62,521 nt of DNA from Candidatus Aquivivens invisus. GTDB lineage: Bacteria > Omnitrophota > Gorgyraeia > Aquiviventales > Aquiviventaceae. This document shows positions 1-9,855 of the stretch, in pieces (position 1 is the stretch's first letter; every line of letters begins with the position of its first letter). Below the pieces are notes generated by a model, which was not told the origin of the DNA, searched no databases, and was given only the letters and a program-made list of their open reading frames with translations. The stretch spans positions 1 through 62,521 of the forward strand of contig MHGA01000027.1 of NCBI GenBank assembly GCA_001804415.1, given 5' to 3'. Both the position numbers and the translations under genes were made by a program.

Positions 1-2
1 CG

Positions 3-326
3 CCGCGGCTCAAGCGCCTCCACGGCTTCTTGTTGAGCTACTTGTACCATCCCACGGACTTCCTGCCGGAAGACAGCGTGGGGCTCTTTGGCTATCTGGA
101 TGACGCCTATCTGGTGGGGAGTGTCTACACCCGCACGATGCAGCAGCTGGATCATCGCACGCGGCGCACCCTCCCCAACCTGGCCGATCTCTCGGGCCAG
201 ATGGCGACCTGGCTGGACCTCGCGAGGCGGCTCTTGCCGATTGAAACCCAGCAGATCAACCACCTGCTCGATGAAATCGTCGCCGGGCGCTCTGAGGCCT
301 TCCGTCATCTGATGAGCAAGGCGTAA
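3..326 (+). CDS. YkvA/DUF1232-family membrane protein (5' truncated by window)
   Basis: Frame open from the window start; motif YLYHPTDFLPEDSVGLFGYLDDAYLV matches the DUF1232 pattern (P-D-x-I-P-D...G-x-L-D-D). Confidence 0.7.
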   Translation, partial: PRLKRLHGFLLSYLYHPTDFLPEDSVGLFGYLDDAYLVGSVYTRTMQQLDHRTRRTLPNLADLSGQMATWLDLARRLLPIETQQINHLLDEIVAGRSEAFRHLMSKA

Positions 327-357
327 GGGGCGATGAGATGAAAGGAGGGTTGAGATT

Positions 358-1215
358 ATGAACGTGCTGAAGACCGGGTTCTTGCTGGCGCTGTTGACGG
401 CGCTGCTGGTCGGGCTCGGCAGCCTCGTGGGCGGCACGCAGGGAGCGACCATCGCGCTGGGCTTCGCCCTGCTGATGAACTTCGGAGCGTACTGGTTCAG
501 CGACAAGATCGTCCTGGCCATGTACCGGGCCAAACCACTCAGTGAAGCCGACGCGCCCCAGGTCCATCGCGCCGTCCGCGAGATCGCCTCACGCTCCGGC
601 TTGCCGATGCCGAAGCTCTACTGGATTCCCACGACCACCCCGAATGCGTTTGCGACGGGCCGAAGTCCCAAGCACGCCGCCGTGGCGGTCACCTCCGGTT
701 TGGTGGAGCTGCTGGGTGAGGAGGAGCTCAAAGGGGTACTGGCGCATGAGCTCTCCCACGTGAAGAACCGCGACACGCTGGTGATGACGATCGCTGCCGC
801 GATTGCCGGGGCCATCATGTGGCTGGCGGACATGGCCAAATGGAGCCTGTGGATGGGTGGCTCCGATCGCAACCGGGACAACCGGAGCGCGGGCGCTGCG
901 CACCTGATCGTCATCGTGCTCATTGCGATCCTCGCCCCACTGGCGGCGATGCTCATCCAGATGGCTATCTCGCGCACCCGGGAGTATGACGCGGATGAAA
1001 CAGGGGCACGACTCGCGGGCACGCCTCATGGGCTGGCGGCGGCCCTGGAGAAGCTCCATGCGGCCAACCGCAAGTTCCCCTTGCCCAAAGTCAACGAAGC
1101 CACCGCCCACCTGTTCATCGTCAATCCACTCTCCGGGAGAGGCCTCGCGACGCTCTTTTCGACCCATCCGCCCATGGAGGAGCGGGTGCGCCGGCTGCGC
1201 CAGATGCGGCTGTAA
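358..1215 (+). CDS. htpX: Zn metalloprotease HtpX (M48)
   Basis: PNAFATGR, HELSH (HExxH), SRTREYDAD and FSTHPP motifs; GGAGG/GGAGA upstream. Confidence 0.95.
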   Translation: MNVLKTGFLLALLTALLVGLGSLVGGTQGATIALGFALLMNFGAYWFSDKIVLAMYRAKPLSEADAPQVHRAVREIASRSGLPMPKLYWIPTTTPNAFATGRSPKHAAVAVTSGLVELLGEEELKGVLAHELSHVKNRDTLVMTIAAAIAGAIMWLADMAKWSLWMGGSDRNRDNRSAGAAHLIVIVLIAILAPLAAMLIQMAISRTREYDADETGARLAGTPHGLAAALEKLHAANRKFPLPKVNEATAHLFIVNPLSGRGLATLFSTHPPMEERVRRLRQMRL

Positions 1216-1271
1216 TCAGTGGGTTCTGAATCGCCTCCCCGCGAGGCGACCATACGAGGAGACAGGACAAT

Positions 1272-2180
1272 ATGCCGACGGACACGGTGCTCGAAACGCA
1301 AGCAGAAACACTGCAGCTCTTCAAGCGAGGCAAGGTTCGCGATGTCTACGACCTGGGTGAGCACCTCTTGATCGTTGCCACCGACCGTATCTCGGCCTTC
1401 GACGTGGTCCTGCCGACCGGCATCCCCTCCAAGGGGGCGGTGCTGACGCAGTTGTCCGCCTTCTGGTTCGACTTCATCAAGAACCTGACACCGACCCATT
1501 TCGTCTCGACCAACTGGGACGCCATCGCGACGCGCCATCCGGAGCTCACTCCCTACGCCGAGCAGTTTGCCGGCCGCTCCATGCTGGTCGAGAGAACCCA
1601 GGTCATCCCGATTGAGTGCGTCGTGCGGGGCTACCTGGCGGGCTCCGGCTGGAAGGAGTACCAGAAGACCCAGTCCGTCTGCGGGGCTCAGTTGCCACCC
1701 GGATTGAGAGAGTCAGACCGGCTGCCGGAGCCGATCTTCACCCCGGCAACGAAGGAGGAAACCGGCCACGACCTCAACATCTCCGAAGGGGAGATGGCCC
1801 GGCGCATCGGGGAGGCACTCACGGAGCAACTCAAGGAGGCGAGCCTTTCGATCTACGCGAAGGGCGCCGCGCATGCGGAATCCCGCGGGATCATCCTCGC
1901 GGACACAAAGTTTGAGTTTGGGCAGCGTAATGGACAGGTCCTCCTGATCGATGAACTACTGACCCCAGACTCCTCCAGGTTCTGGCCGAAGGAGCAGTAC
2001 GAGCCTGGCAAGTCGCAGGTGAGCTTCGACAAGCAGTACGTGCGCGATTATCTGGAAGAGAGCGGCTGGAACAAGACCCCGCCGGCACCCGCGCTACCAA
2101 ACGTCGTGGTGCTGCGGACCAGCGCGAAGTACCTCCAGGCGCTGCAGCAGCTCACCGGTCAGGGCATGCCTCCCAGTTAA
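1272..2180 (+). CDS. purC: SAICAR synthase
   Basis: GKVRDVY, ATDRISAFD, ECVVRGYLAGSGW, ADTKFEFG, DELLTPDSSRFW. Confidence 0.97.
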   Translation: MPTDTVLETQAETLQLFKRGKVRDVYDLGEHLLIVATDRISAFDVVLPTGIPSKGAVLTQLSAFWFDFIKNLTPTHFVSTNWDAIATRHPELTPYAEQFAGRSMLVERTQVIPIECVVRGYLAGSGWKEYQKTQSVCGAQLPPGLRESDRLPEPIFTPATKEETGHDLNISEGEMARRIGEALTEQLKEASLSIYAKGAAHAESRGIILADTKFEFGQRNGQVLLIDELLTPDSSRFWPKEQYEPGKSQVSFDKQYVRDYLEESGWNKTPPAPALPNVVVLRTSAKYLQALQQLTGQGMPPS

Positions 2181-2205
2181 GCGGGCTCACAGGGGACAGT
2201 CGCCG

Positions 2206-2478
2206 ATGAGGCAGTTGTGCCAGAAGGTCATGGTCGGGATGGGCATCACAGGACTCCTGGTCAGTGGCGAGCGCTCGACGCTCGTCGCGCGATCCCCGTA
2301 CAGGCTGGAAGCCTCTCAACTCCCTCAGGCCAGCACCCAGCAACCTGTCGTCAGGCTCTGCCCGGTGGGTGGCGAGCGCTACCCCGAAGAGGCGCGGGGC
2401 TGCCCCATTCACCATGTGCCACTCACCGAGCTGATGCTGGCGCGCCTCAGGTTGGAGGAGCGGTCGAGTCATGACTGA
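2206..2478 (+). CDS. Small hypothetical protein with CPxGGExYP...CPxH motif
   Basis: 90-aa ORF, hydrophobic N-terminus, paired Cys/His motif. Confidence 0.5.
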   Translation: MRQLCQKVMVGMGITGLLVSGERSTLVARSPYRLEASQLPQASTQQPVVRLCPVGGERYPEEARGCPIHHVPLTELMLARLRLEERSSHD

Positions 2479-2502
2479 GCCACGGTGAGCACGAACGCCG
2501 CA

Positions 2503-2748
2503 ATGGCTGAGCTGGAAGTCACCAAAGAGACCTACGAGCAGCTGCTGGAAAAGCTCAAGCACTGGCGGCAGGAACAGCGACGGCTTGAGCTTCAGGTCAA
2601 GCACGAAATCGACCCCGCGCGGGAGAAACCCTCGCGAGAGCTGATCCAGGCCAAGGCACAGTTGGAAGAAGTCACCAGTCGCATCACTCAACTCGAAGCC
2701 AAGCTCCAGAGCGTGCGCATCATTGCCACGAGGAACACGGAGCGATGA
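2503..2748 (+). CDS. Stand-alone GreA N-terminal-like coiled-coil protein
   Basis: VTKETYEQLLEKL...AKAQLEEVTSRITQLEAKLQSVRII parallels GreA helices 1-2. Confidence 0.6.
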   Translation: MAELEVTKETYEQLLEKLKHWRQEQRRLELQVKHEIDPAREKPSRELIQAKAQLEEVTSRITQLEAKLQSVRIIATRNTER

Positions 2749-2921
2749 CCTGATGGCCCAGAAGATGCCTGATTGGCCCATCTCGAAACACTACGGCAAC
2801 CCGGAAGTCTGCAGCGTTGGTCTTCCAATGCCGTCGAGGCTGCCAGGCGGGGAGGATGTGAGGAGCGTGGGCGGGGAATCTGTTGACGAGGAGGCCTCTC
2901 GCGGGACCTCGGTGGACGGCG

Positions 2922-3089
2922 ATGAAATCCTGGATCCCTAAGCATTGGCTTTCGGTCCGCAACCTGCTCTTGGTGATCGTCCTCTTGCTGTTGTTGCTTG
3001 TGCTGACCGACTGCGCCAACTCGCCCAATCCGAACAGCCATCCGCGGGCGATCGTGGACCAGGCCACGACCAGGGGAGGAAGTCCATGA
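2922..3089 (+). CDS. Small single-TM protein (WLSVRN)
   Basis: 55 aa with one strong hydrophobic helix; its stop overlaps the next ATG (ATGA). Confidence 0.5.
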   Translation: MKSWIPKHWLSVRNLLLVIVLLLLLLVLTDCANSPNPNSHPRAIVDQATTRGGSP

Positions 3090-3241
3090 TGAGGCGATGG
3101 TTGAGGGTCCGCAATGTCGTGATCGCAGCAATCGTTCTGATCGTTCTCCCAGTGTTGGCACTCATCCTACTGGCTGAGGATGAGCCGATGGAGACGTGGT
3201 GGGACCCGCTGGGTGTGGGGGACCATGCCCAGACCAGATGA
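3086..3241 (+). CDS. Small single-TM protein (WLRVRN), probable paralog of the preceding ORF
   Basis: 51 aa; GGAGGA RBS at about 3075-3080; ATGA coupling; shared WLxVRN plus TM helix. Confidence 0.55.
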   Translation: MMRRWLRVRNVVIAAIVLIVLPVLALILLAEDEPMETWWDPLGVGDHAQTR

Positions 3242-3269
3242 GCGAGGCCGAGCCAGGCGACGCAAGCAA

Positions 3270-3401
3270 ATGGAGCAGTGCGCATTTTGTCGGAAGAGGT
3301 TGACCGCTGCGATGGAACAGGAGGGTCGCATCCTCCAATACGGAGGCCAGCGGATCTGCCAGTCATGTTTTGACACGATGCCGCATTTCCAGAACCTGTA
3401 A
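3270..3401 (+). CDS. Small CxxC...CxxC zinc-finger protein
   Basis: MEQCAFCRKR...QRICQSCFDTMPHF, 43 aa. Confidence 0.5.
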   Translation: MEQCAFCRKRLTAAMEQEGRILQYGGQRICQSCFDTMPHFQNL

Positions 3402-3514
3402 GTGGCGGTTGAAAAGTCAGGAGGGTCGGGATGGACAAATTTGTTGAGGATGAATGGCAGCCACCACGGATCAACCCGCGAGCAATGGAACCCCATCACG
3501 AGGAGGTGTCGTCA

Positions 3515-4039
3515 ATGGAGCAGTCTTCAGGGCGTGGCGCACAAGTCGGGATTCTCATGGGCAGCCAGAGCGACTGGGCCAAGATGGAGAAGGCGGCTGA
3601 AGCGTTGAAGCAGTTCGAGGTTCCCTGCGAGATGTTGGTGCTCTCGGCGCATCGGCTGCCGGATCGCGTCGCCGAGTACGCAAGACAGGCCGAGGCTCGG
3701 GGCCTCCAGATCCTCATCGCTGGTGCGTGCATGGCGAACCATCTAGCCGGTGCCCTGGCGGCCAACTGTACGTTGCCGGTCATCGGCGTCCCGTTGAGCG
3801 GGAGCGCCCTCAATGGCGTCGATGCGCTCTATGCGACGGTCCAGATGCCGAAAGGGGTGCCGGTGGCCACCGTCGCTATCGATGGCGCCGCCAACGCCGC
3901 CTACCTGGCCGTCGAGATCCTGGTATTGCAAGACGAACCACTGAGGGCGCGGCTCAAGGCCCACCGCCAAGCCGAACGGGCCAAGCTCGAAGCCGCACTC
4001 GTCGAACAGACACCCCAAGTCCAAGAGGTTGCGCGTTAA
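3515..4039 (+). CDS. purE: N5-CAIR mutase / AIR carboxylase PurE
   Basis: [35 protein letters not shown]; AGGAGG RBS. Confidence 0.95.
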   Translation: MEQSSGRGAQVGILMGSQSDWAKMEKAAEALKQFEVPCEMLVLSAHRLPDRVAEYARQAEARGLQILIAGACMANHLAGALAANCTLPVIGVPLSGSALNGVDALYATVQMPKGVPVATVAIDGAANAAYLAVEILVLQDEPLRARLKAHRQAERAKLEAALVEQTPQVQEVAR

Positions 4040-4046
4040 CCCACAT

Positions 4047-5434
<1,388 letters not shown>

Positions 5435-5438
<4 letters not shown>

Positions 5439-5875
5439 CCCTCGCGAGAACGTTTCCGAGAGTGAAAATGCCGGCGCGCGAGCCTCTCCGGACCGTGATT
5501 TTTGATGGGGACTGCGCCTTCTGTCTTCGGTCCATTGCGCTTGGGAGACGACTGGATTGGGGGAGGCGTATGGAGTGGCGGGCGCGTCTTGAGCCTGGAG
5601 TGCGCGAGCGGTTTCCGCAGCTCTCCCACGAAGAGACCCAACGGCGCATGGTCTCCATTCGACCAGACGGGAGGACCTATGGGGGATTTTTTGCCGTCCG
5701 TGACATCATGCTCCACCTTCCCCTGACGCTGCTGCCGGCGCTCCTGCTTTACCTGCCAGGGATGTCCCGCATCGGAGTGCCGTGCTATCGATGGATTGCC
5801 AGCCACCGGCATCGCTTTGGCGGCGCACGGGAAGCAACCTGCTCCGTCAGGCGAGAGGGGCACGAGGGAGGATGA
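5435..5875 (+). CDS. DCC1-like thiol-disulfide oxidoreductase (DUF393)
   Basis: [10 protein letters not shown] (DxxCxxC) and YRWIASHR; start uncertain. Confidence 0.85.
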
Positions 5876-6930
5876 GCGGGGACGTGGCGCAGACCAGCGG
5901 GGTGGTGCTAGCCGATGCGGCGATGATCAAGGAGGCCGCAGGCGTCATCAAGCGTGGGGGGCTCGTCGCGTTTCCCACGGAGACGGTCTACGGACTGGGT
6001 GCCGATGCGACGAATACGCACGCGGTGGCGACACTCTTTCAGGTCAAGGGCCGTCCCAAGTTTGATCCGCTCATCGTGCATGTGGCCTCGAAGGAGGAGG
6101 CGTGTGGTTTGTGGGCGCACTGTCCGGACATGACCCACCGGCTGATGGAGGCGTTTTGGCCAGGACCCCTGACCTTGGTGCTGCCCAAGAACGAGCGCAT
6201 CCCTGACCTGGTGACTGCGGGGCTTTCCACTGTGGCCGTGCGCATGCCGGATCACCCCGTCGCCCTTGAGCTGATCCGCCAGGCGGGATGCCCGATTGCC
6301 GCCCCGAGCGCGAACCGGTTCGGCGGCGTCAGCCCCACGACTGCGCAGGCCGTCGAAGAGGACCTGAGGACGCGCCTCGACGTCATCCTCGATGCCGGAC
6401 CGGCCAGGATCGGGATCGAATCGACGGTCGTCGCGTGTGAACGTGACACCCTCGTGGTCCTCAGGCCTGGCGGGATTCCTGTGGAAGCCATCAGAGAAGT
6501 TGCTGGGACAGTGACGGTCGCTCACACCAATCCTGCTCAGCCCGCTGCTCCGGGGATGCTGGCCCGCCACTACGCGCCCCGGACACCCCTCTACCTCCTG
6601 GACGGACTGACGAATCCTCGGGTCCGCTTGGGTCCTGTAGGGATGACAACGGGGCGGATGGGGCTGTTGTCCTTCGGTCCTGTGATCGAGCCCTCCGGTT
6701 TTACCATCACCGAGGTCCTCAGCCATCAGGGAGACCTGGTGGAGGCTGCCGCCAGGCTGTTCCAAGCCATCAGGCGGCTTGATGCCGAAGGGTTGGAGGC
6801 CATGGTCGCCACCCAGACGCCCGAGCACGGGCTGGGGTTGGCGATCATGGATCGCTTGCGAAAGGCCTCGCAGGGCATCGCGCTCGTGGCCGAAGGGCGG
6901 TTAGTGCTGATTGATCGGAGCACCCCATGA
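5872..6930 (+). CDS. tsaC: L-threonylcarbamoyladenylate synthase (Sua5 type)
   Basis: VAFPTETVYGLGA, KGRP, FWPGPLTL, APSANRFG, SPT, GIESTV, C-terminal PGMLARHYAP. Confidence 0.95.
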   Translation: MSGDVAQTSGVVLADAAMIKEAAGVIKRGGLVAFPTETVYGLGADATNTHAVATLFQVKGRPKFDPLIVHVASKEEACGLWAHCPDMTHRLMEAFWPGPLTLVLPKNERIPDLVTAGLSTVAVRMPDHPVALELIRQAGCPIAAPSANRFGGVSPTTAQAVEEDLRTRLDVILDAGPARIGIESTVVACERDTLVVLRPGGIPVEAIREVAGTVTVAHTNPAQPAAPGMLARHYAPRTPLYLLDGLTNPRVRLGPVGMTTGRMGLLSFGPVIEPSGFTITEVLSHQGDLVEAAARLFQAIRRLDAEGLEAMVATQTPEHGLGLAIMDRLRKASQGIALVAEGRLVLIDRSTP

Positions 6931-7496
6931 GGAAACACCAGACGCCTCCTGCCCTGATCCTCTGCTGCATGGATTACCGCTACATTGACGCTGCCTTGCG
7001 GTTCGTCAAGAAGCAGCTGGGTGTGAACGCCTACGATGTGAAGACAGACGCTGGCGGCACGAAAGCGCTGCTCAACGGGGATCCATCGGTGCGCGCGTGG
7101 ATTTTGAGCAACGTCAAACTGGCCTACCATCGCCACGGCGTCAGGACGGTCGTCCTAGTCCACCATGAAGACTGCGCAGCGTATGGCGGCTCAGTAGCGT
7201 TCAAAGATGGAGCCGAAGAAACGGCCTGTCACGCCCAGCAACTGGCGATGGCAGCGTCGATGCTGAGGGCCACCTTTTCGCGTCTTACTGTGCGGATGTT
7301 CTATGCGCATGGAGCCCCACCTGTACGGGTGGGGCGGAATCCCGAGCGAGCCCACGGCCGGCCTGTCCCGAGCGGAGTCGAGGGAAGGCCGTGGTGCGAG
7401 TCGAGGGATCGCGCAAGTCGGCGGATCGTCTTTGCGGAAATCGTGGGCAGCCGCCCGAGGCATCGGGCAGCACGCCGCGTGTGCACAAGGGGGTGA
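6927..7496 (+). CDS. Beta-carbonic-anhydrase-like protein with repeat-derived C-terminal tail
   Basis: CMDYR, DAGG, HHEDCAAYGG (Cys/His/Cys Zn ligands). Confidence 0.7.
   Translation: MRKHQTPPALILCCMDYRYIDAALRFVKKQLGVNAYDVKTDAGGTKALLNGDPSVRAWILSNVKLAYHRHGVRTVVLVHHEDCAAYGGSVAFKDGAEETACHAQQLAMAASMLRATFSRLTVRMFYAHGAPPVRVGRNPERAHGRPVPSGVEGRPWCESRDRASRRIVFAEIVGSRPRHRAARRVCTRG
7339..7409. repeat. Nested palindromic REP-like element inside the CDS
   Basis: Outer ATCCCGAGCG...GAGTCGAGGGAT; arms CCACGGCC/GGCCGTGG; intact inner TCCCGAGCGGAGTCGAGGGA. Confidence 0.7.
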
Positions 7497-7501
7497 GAGA
7501 G

Positions 7502-8512
7502 ATGAATGGGCGAACGGACGGGATCATGGACTCATTGCGGGATGATCTGAAGGGCTTCTTCAAGCCCCGTATGCTCTTTACCGCAATGGGGCTTGCGGGG
7601 GCGCTGTGGCTGGGATCAGGGGTGTACATGGTGGGGCCCAGCGAACAGGGGGTGGTGCGGCGGTTCGGCAAGGAGTACGCGCTCACCGGCTCGGGGCTGC
7701 GCTACCATCTGCCCTGGCCGATTGAGAGCCGCGACGTGGTCGATGTGGCCCGGGTGCGGCGGGTGGAGATCGGCTTTCAGACCGAGATGGGCCGAGTGAA
7801 GGTCATCGAGGCAGAGGCGTTGATGCTCACCGGCGATGAGAACATCGTCTCCTGCCAGCTCTTTGTCCAGTACGTCATCAAGGATCCCGCGGCCTTCGTG
7901 TTTCGGGCCCGGGACCCCGAGCAGGTCCTGCGGACGGCGGCGGAGGTCGCGCTGCGCAGTGCCGCGGGGCGCAACACGATCGACTTCACGATGACCGATG
8001 GGCGCTTCCAGGTGCAGGAGCAGATCAAGGAGCAGTTGCAGAGACTGTTGGATGCGTACCAGACCGGGCTGTTGGTCACCGAGGCGCGCCTGCTGGAGGT
8101 CGATCCCCCGCAAGCGGTGCAGGACGCGTTCCACGACGTGGTGCGGGCCTGGGAGGATCGCGAGCGGCTGCTCCAGGAAGCGCGGGGCTTTACCGAGGAT
8201 ATCGTCCCGCGCAGCCGTGGGGAGGCCGCGGAGATGGTCCTGAAGGCGGAGGCGTACAAGGAGCAGCGCGTCATCCGCGCCCAGGGCGAGGCCAAGCGGT
8301 TCCTGGAAGTCGCCGCGGCCTACGCGGCATCGCCGGTGGTGACCCGCGAGCGACTCTATCTGGAGGTGATGGAGCGCATCCTGCCCAACGCGGAGAAGAT
8401 CGTGCTGCCCAGCCAGTCGGCGGGATCGGTGTTGCCCTGGTTGCCGCTGCGAGCTCTCCAGGCCCCTGCCGCCGCGTCCACCTCACCCCAAGTGAAAGGA
8501 GTCACCCCATGA
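7502..8512 (+). CDS. hflK: FtsH modulator HflK
   Basis: SPFH domain: EQGVVRRFGK, GLRYHLPWPIE, MLTGDENIV, PPQAVQDAF, VTRERLYLEVME. Confidence 0.93.
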   Translation: MNGRTDGIMDSLRDDLKGFFKPRMLFTAMGLAGALWLGSGVYMVGPSEQGVVRRFGKEYALTGSGLRYHLPWPIESRDVVDVARVRRVEIGFQTEMGRVKVIEAEALMLTGDENIVSCQLFVQYVIKDPAAFVFRARDPEQVLRTAAEVALRSAAGRNTIDFTMTDGRFQVQEQIKEQLQRLLDAYQTGLLVTEARLLEVDPPQAVQDAFHDVVRAWEDRERLLQEARGFTEDIVPRSRGEAAEMVLKAEAYKEQRVIRAQGEAKRFLEVAAAYAASPVVTRERLYLEVMERILPNAEKIVLPSQSAGSVLPWLPLRALQAPAAASTSPQVKGVTP

Positions 8513-9381
8513 ACTGGAAATTGATCAACGCACTCGCCAGTGCGGGGTTCCTCGCCGTCGCGGTGGCGATGCAGGCCGTGTACGTCATCGATGAGCGCGA
8601 GCAGGCCATCATCACGATGTTCGGGCAGCCCCTCCGCACCGTGCGTGAGCCGGGCCTCTACCTGAAGCTCCCGCTCATCCACACCTTGCAGCGGTTTGAC
8701 AAACGCGTCCTCTCCTCCGACGCCCAGGCGATCGAGTATCTCACGCTGGATAAGAAGCGCGTGGTGGTGGACCACATCTCGCGGTGGCGGATCGTCGATC
8801 CGCTGGAGTTCTACCGCACCGCCCGCACGGAGGCGGGGGCGTTCGTGCGGCTGGATGACATCATCACCGGCCGGCTGCGCGAAGAGATCGCCAAGTACCC
8901 GTTCATCGACTTCGTCCGCGAGAAGCGCGAAGCGATCGTGGCTGCGGTGACCAAGGACGCCCAAGGACTCACCATCGAGCAGTTCGGCATCGAGCTGATC
9001 GATGTGCGCATCAAACGGCTCGATCTGCCCCGGGAGGTGCAGCAAAGCGTCTTTGCCCGCATGCAGGCCGAGCGGCAGCGGATCGCCAAGAAGTACCGCG
9101 CGGAGGGTGAGGAGCGCGCCCGGGAGGTCCGGGCCGGGGCGAGCAAAGAAGCCCAGATCATCGTGGCGAAGGCCTACGAGCAGACCCAAGCGCTGATGGG
9201 CGGGGGCGATGCCCAGGCCACGGCCATCTACGCCGAAGCCTACGAGAAGAACCCGGAGCTCTACTCGTTCCTGCGGCGCCTGGAGACCTACGAGCGCTCG
9301 CTGGCCAAAGACACCACGATCGTGCTGGACGCAGGCTCTGAACTGCTGAAGTATTTCGAGCGGTTGGGTCCGATCAAGTGA
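8509..9381 (+). CDS. hflC: FtsH modulator HflC
   Basis: EPGLYLKLP, TLDKKRVVVD, DVRIKRLDLP, RMQAERQR, YSFLRRLETY. Confidence 0.93.
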   Translation: MNWKLINALASAGFLAVAVAMQAVYVIDEREQAIITMFGQPLRTVREPGLYLKLPLIHTLQRFDKRVLSSDAQAIEYLTLDKKRVVVDHISRWRIVDPLEFYRTARTEAGAFVRLDDIITGRLREEIAKYPFIDFVREKREAIVAAVTKDAQGLTIEQFGIELIDVRIKRLDLPREVQQSVFARMQAERQRIAKKYRAEGEERAREVRAGASKEAQIIVAKAYEQTQALMGGGDAQATAIYAEAYEKNPELYSFLRRLETYERSLAKDTTIVLDAGSELLKYFERLGPIK

Positions 9382-9403
9382 AGCGCGTCCGGAGTATTGA
9401 GGA

Positions 9404-9496
9404 ATGGGAAAAGTCATCCAGTTGTTGACGCTCGTTCTCCTCATTCTGCTCATCGTGCTGGTGGTGCGGATCTTGTGCTCGCAGCGCCGACGCTGA
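9404..9496 (+). CDS. 30-aa single-TM peptide (below the ORF-track cutoff)
   Basis: MGKVIQLLTLVLLILLIVLVVRILCSQRRR; fills the gap between hflC and the next gene; GGAG upstream. Confidence 0.5.
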   Translation: MGKVIQLLTLVLLILLIVLVVRILCSQRRR

Positions 9497-9527
9497 CCAT
9501 CTTGCTGAACTCAAGCGGAGGGACACG

Positions 9528-9833
9528 GTGAAGGTGATCAAACGGTGGGCGACGATCATCGTGGGCGGCCTGATCCTTGCCACGGGCCTGCTGCTGATGC
9601 CGCTGCCAGGACCGGGAGGCACGCCGGTTGCGTTACTCGGCCTGGCGATGCTCTCCTCGGAGCTCCCATGGGCGAAGCGGTTCCTTGAGCGCATGAAGCA
9701 GCGGCTGCAGCTCGCCAGGGCCCAGCGCGGCGCGAGGACGTTGCCGAGATTGCGGATGCTGGCGGCCGTCGGTGGCTTGATCGTGCTCTGGATCGTGGGA
9801 GGCGTCATCGTCTGGCGGGTGTGGGCGTTCTGA
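9528..9833 (+). CDS. PGPGW-like membrane protein
   Basis: LLLMPLPGPGG...LSSELPWAKRFL; GGAGG RBS, GTG start. Confidence 0.8.
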   Translation: MKVIKRWATIIVGGLILATGLLLMPLPGPGGTPVALLGLAMLSSELPWAKRFLERMKQRLQLARAQRGARTLPRLRMLAAVGGLIVLWIVGGVIVWRVWAF

Positions 9834-9855
9834 GTGAACAGAAAGAGCAGGCGTC

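Noticed and set aside
2753-2941. 62-aa ORF between the Gre-like gene and the TM peptides
   Set aside because: No RBS, motif or compositional support; overlaps the next ORF
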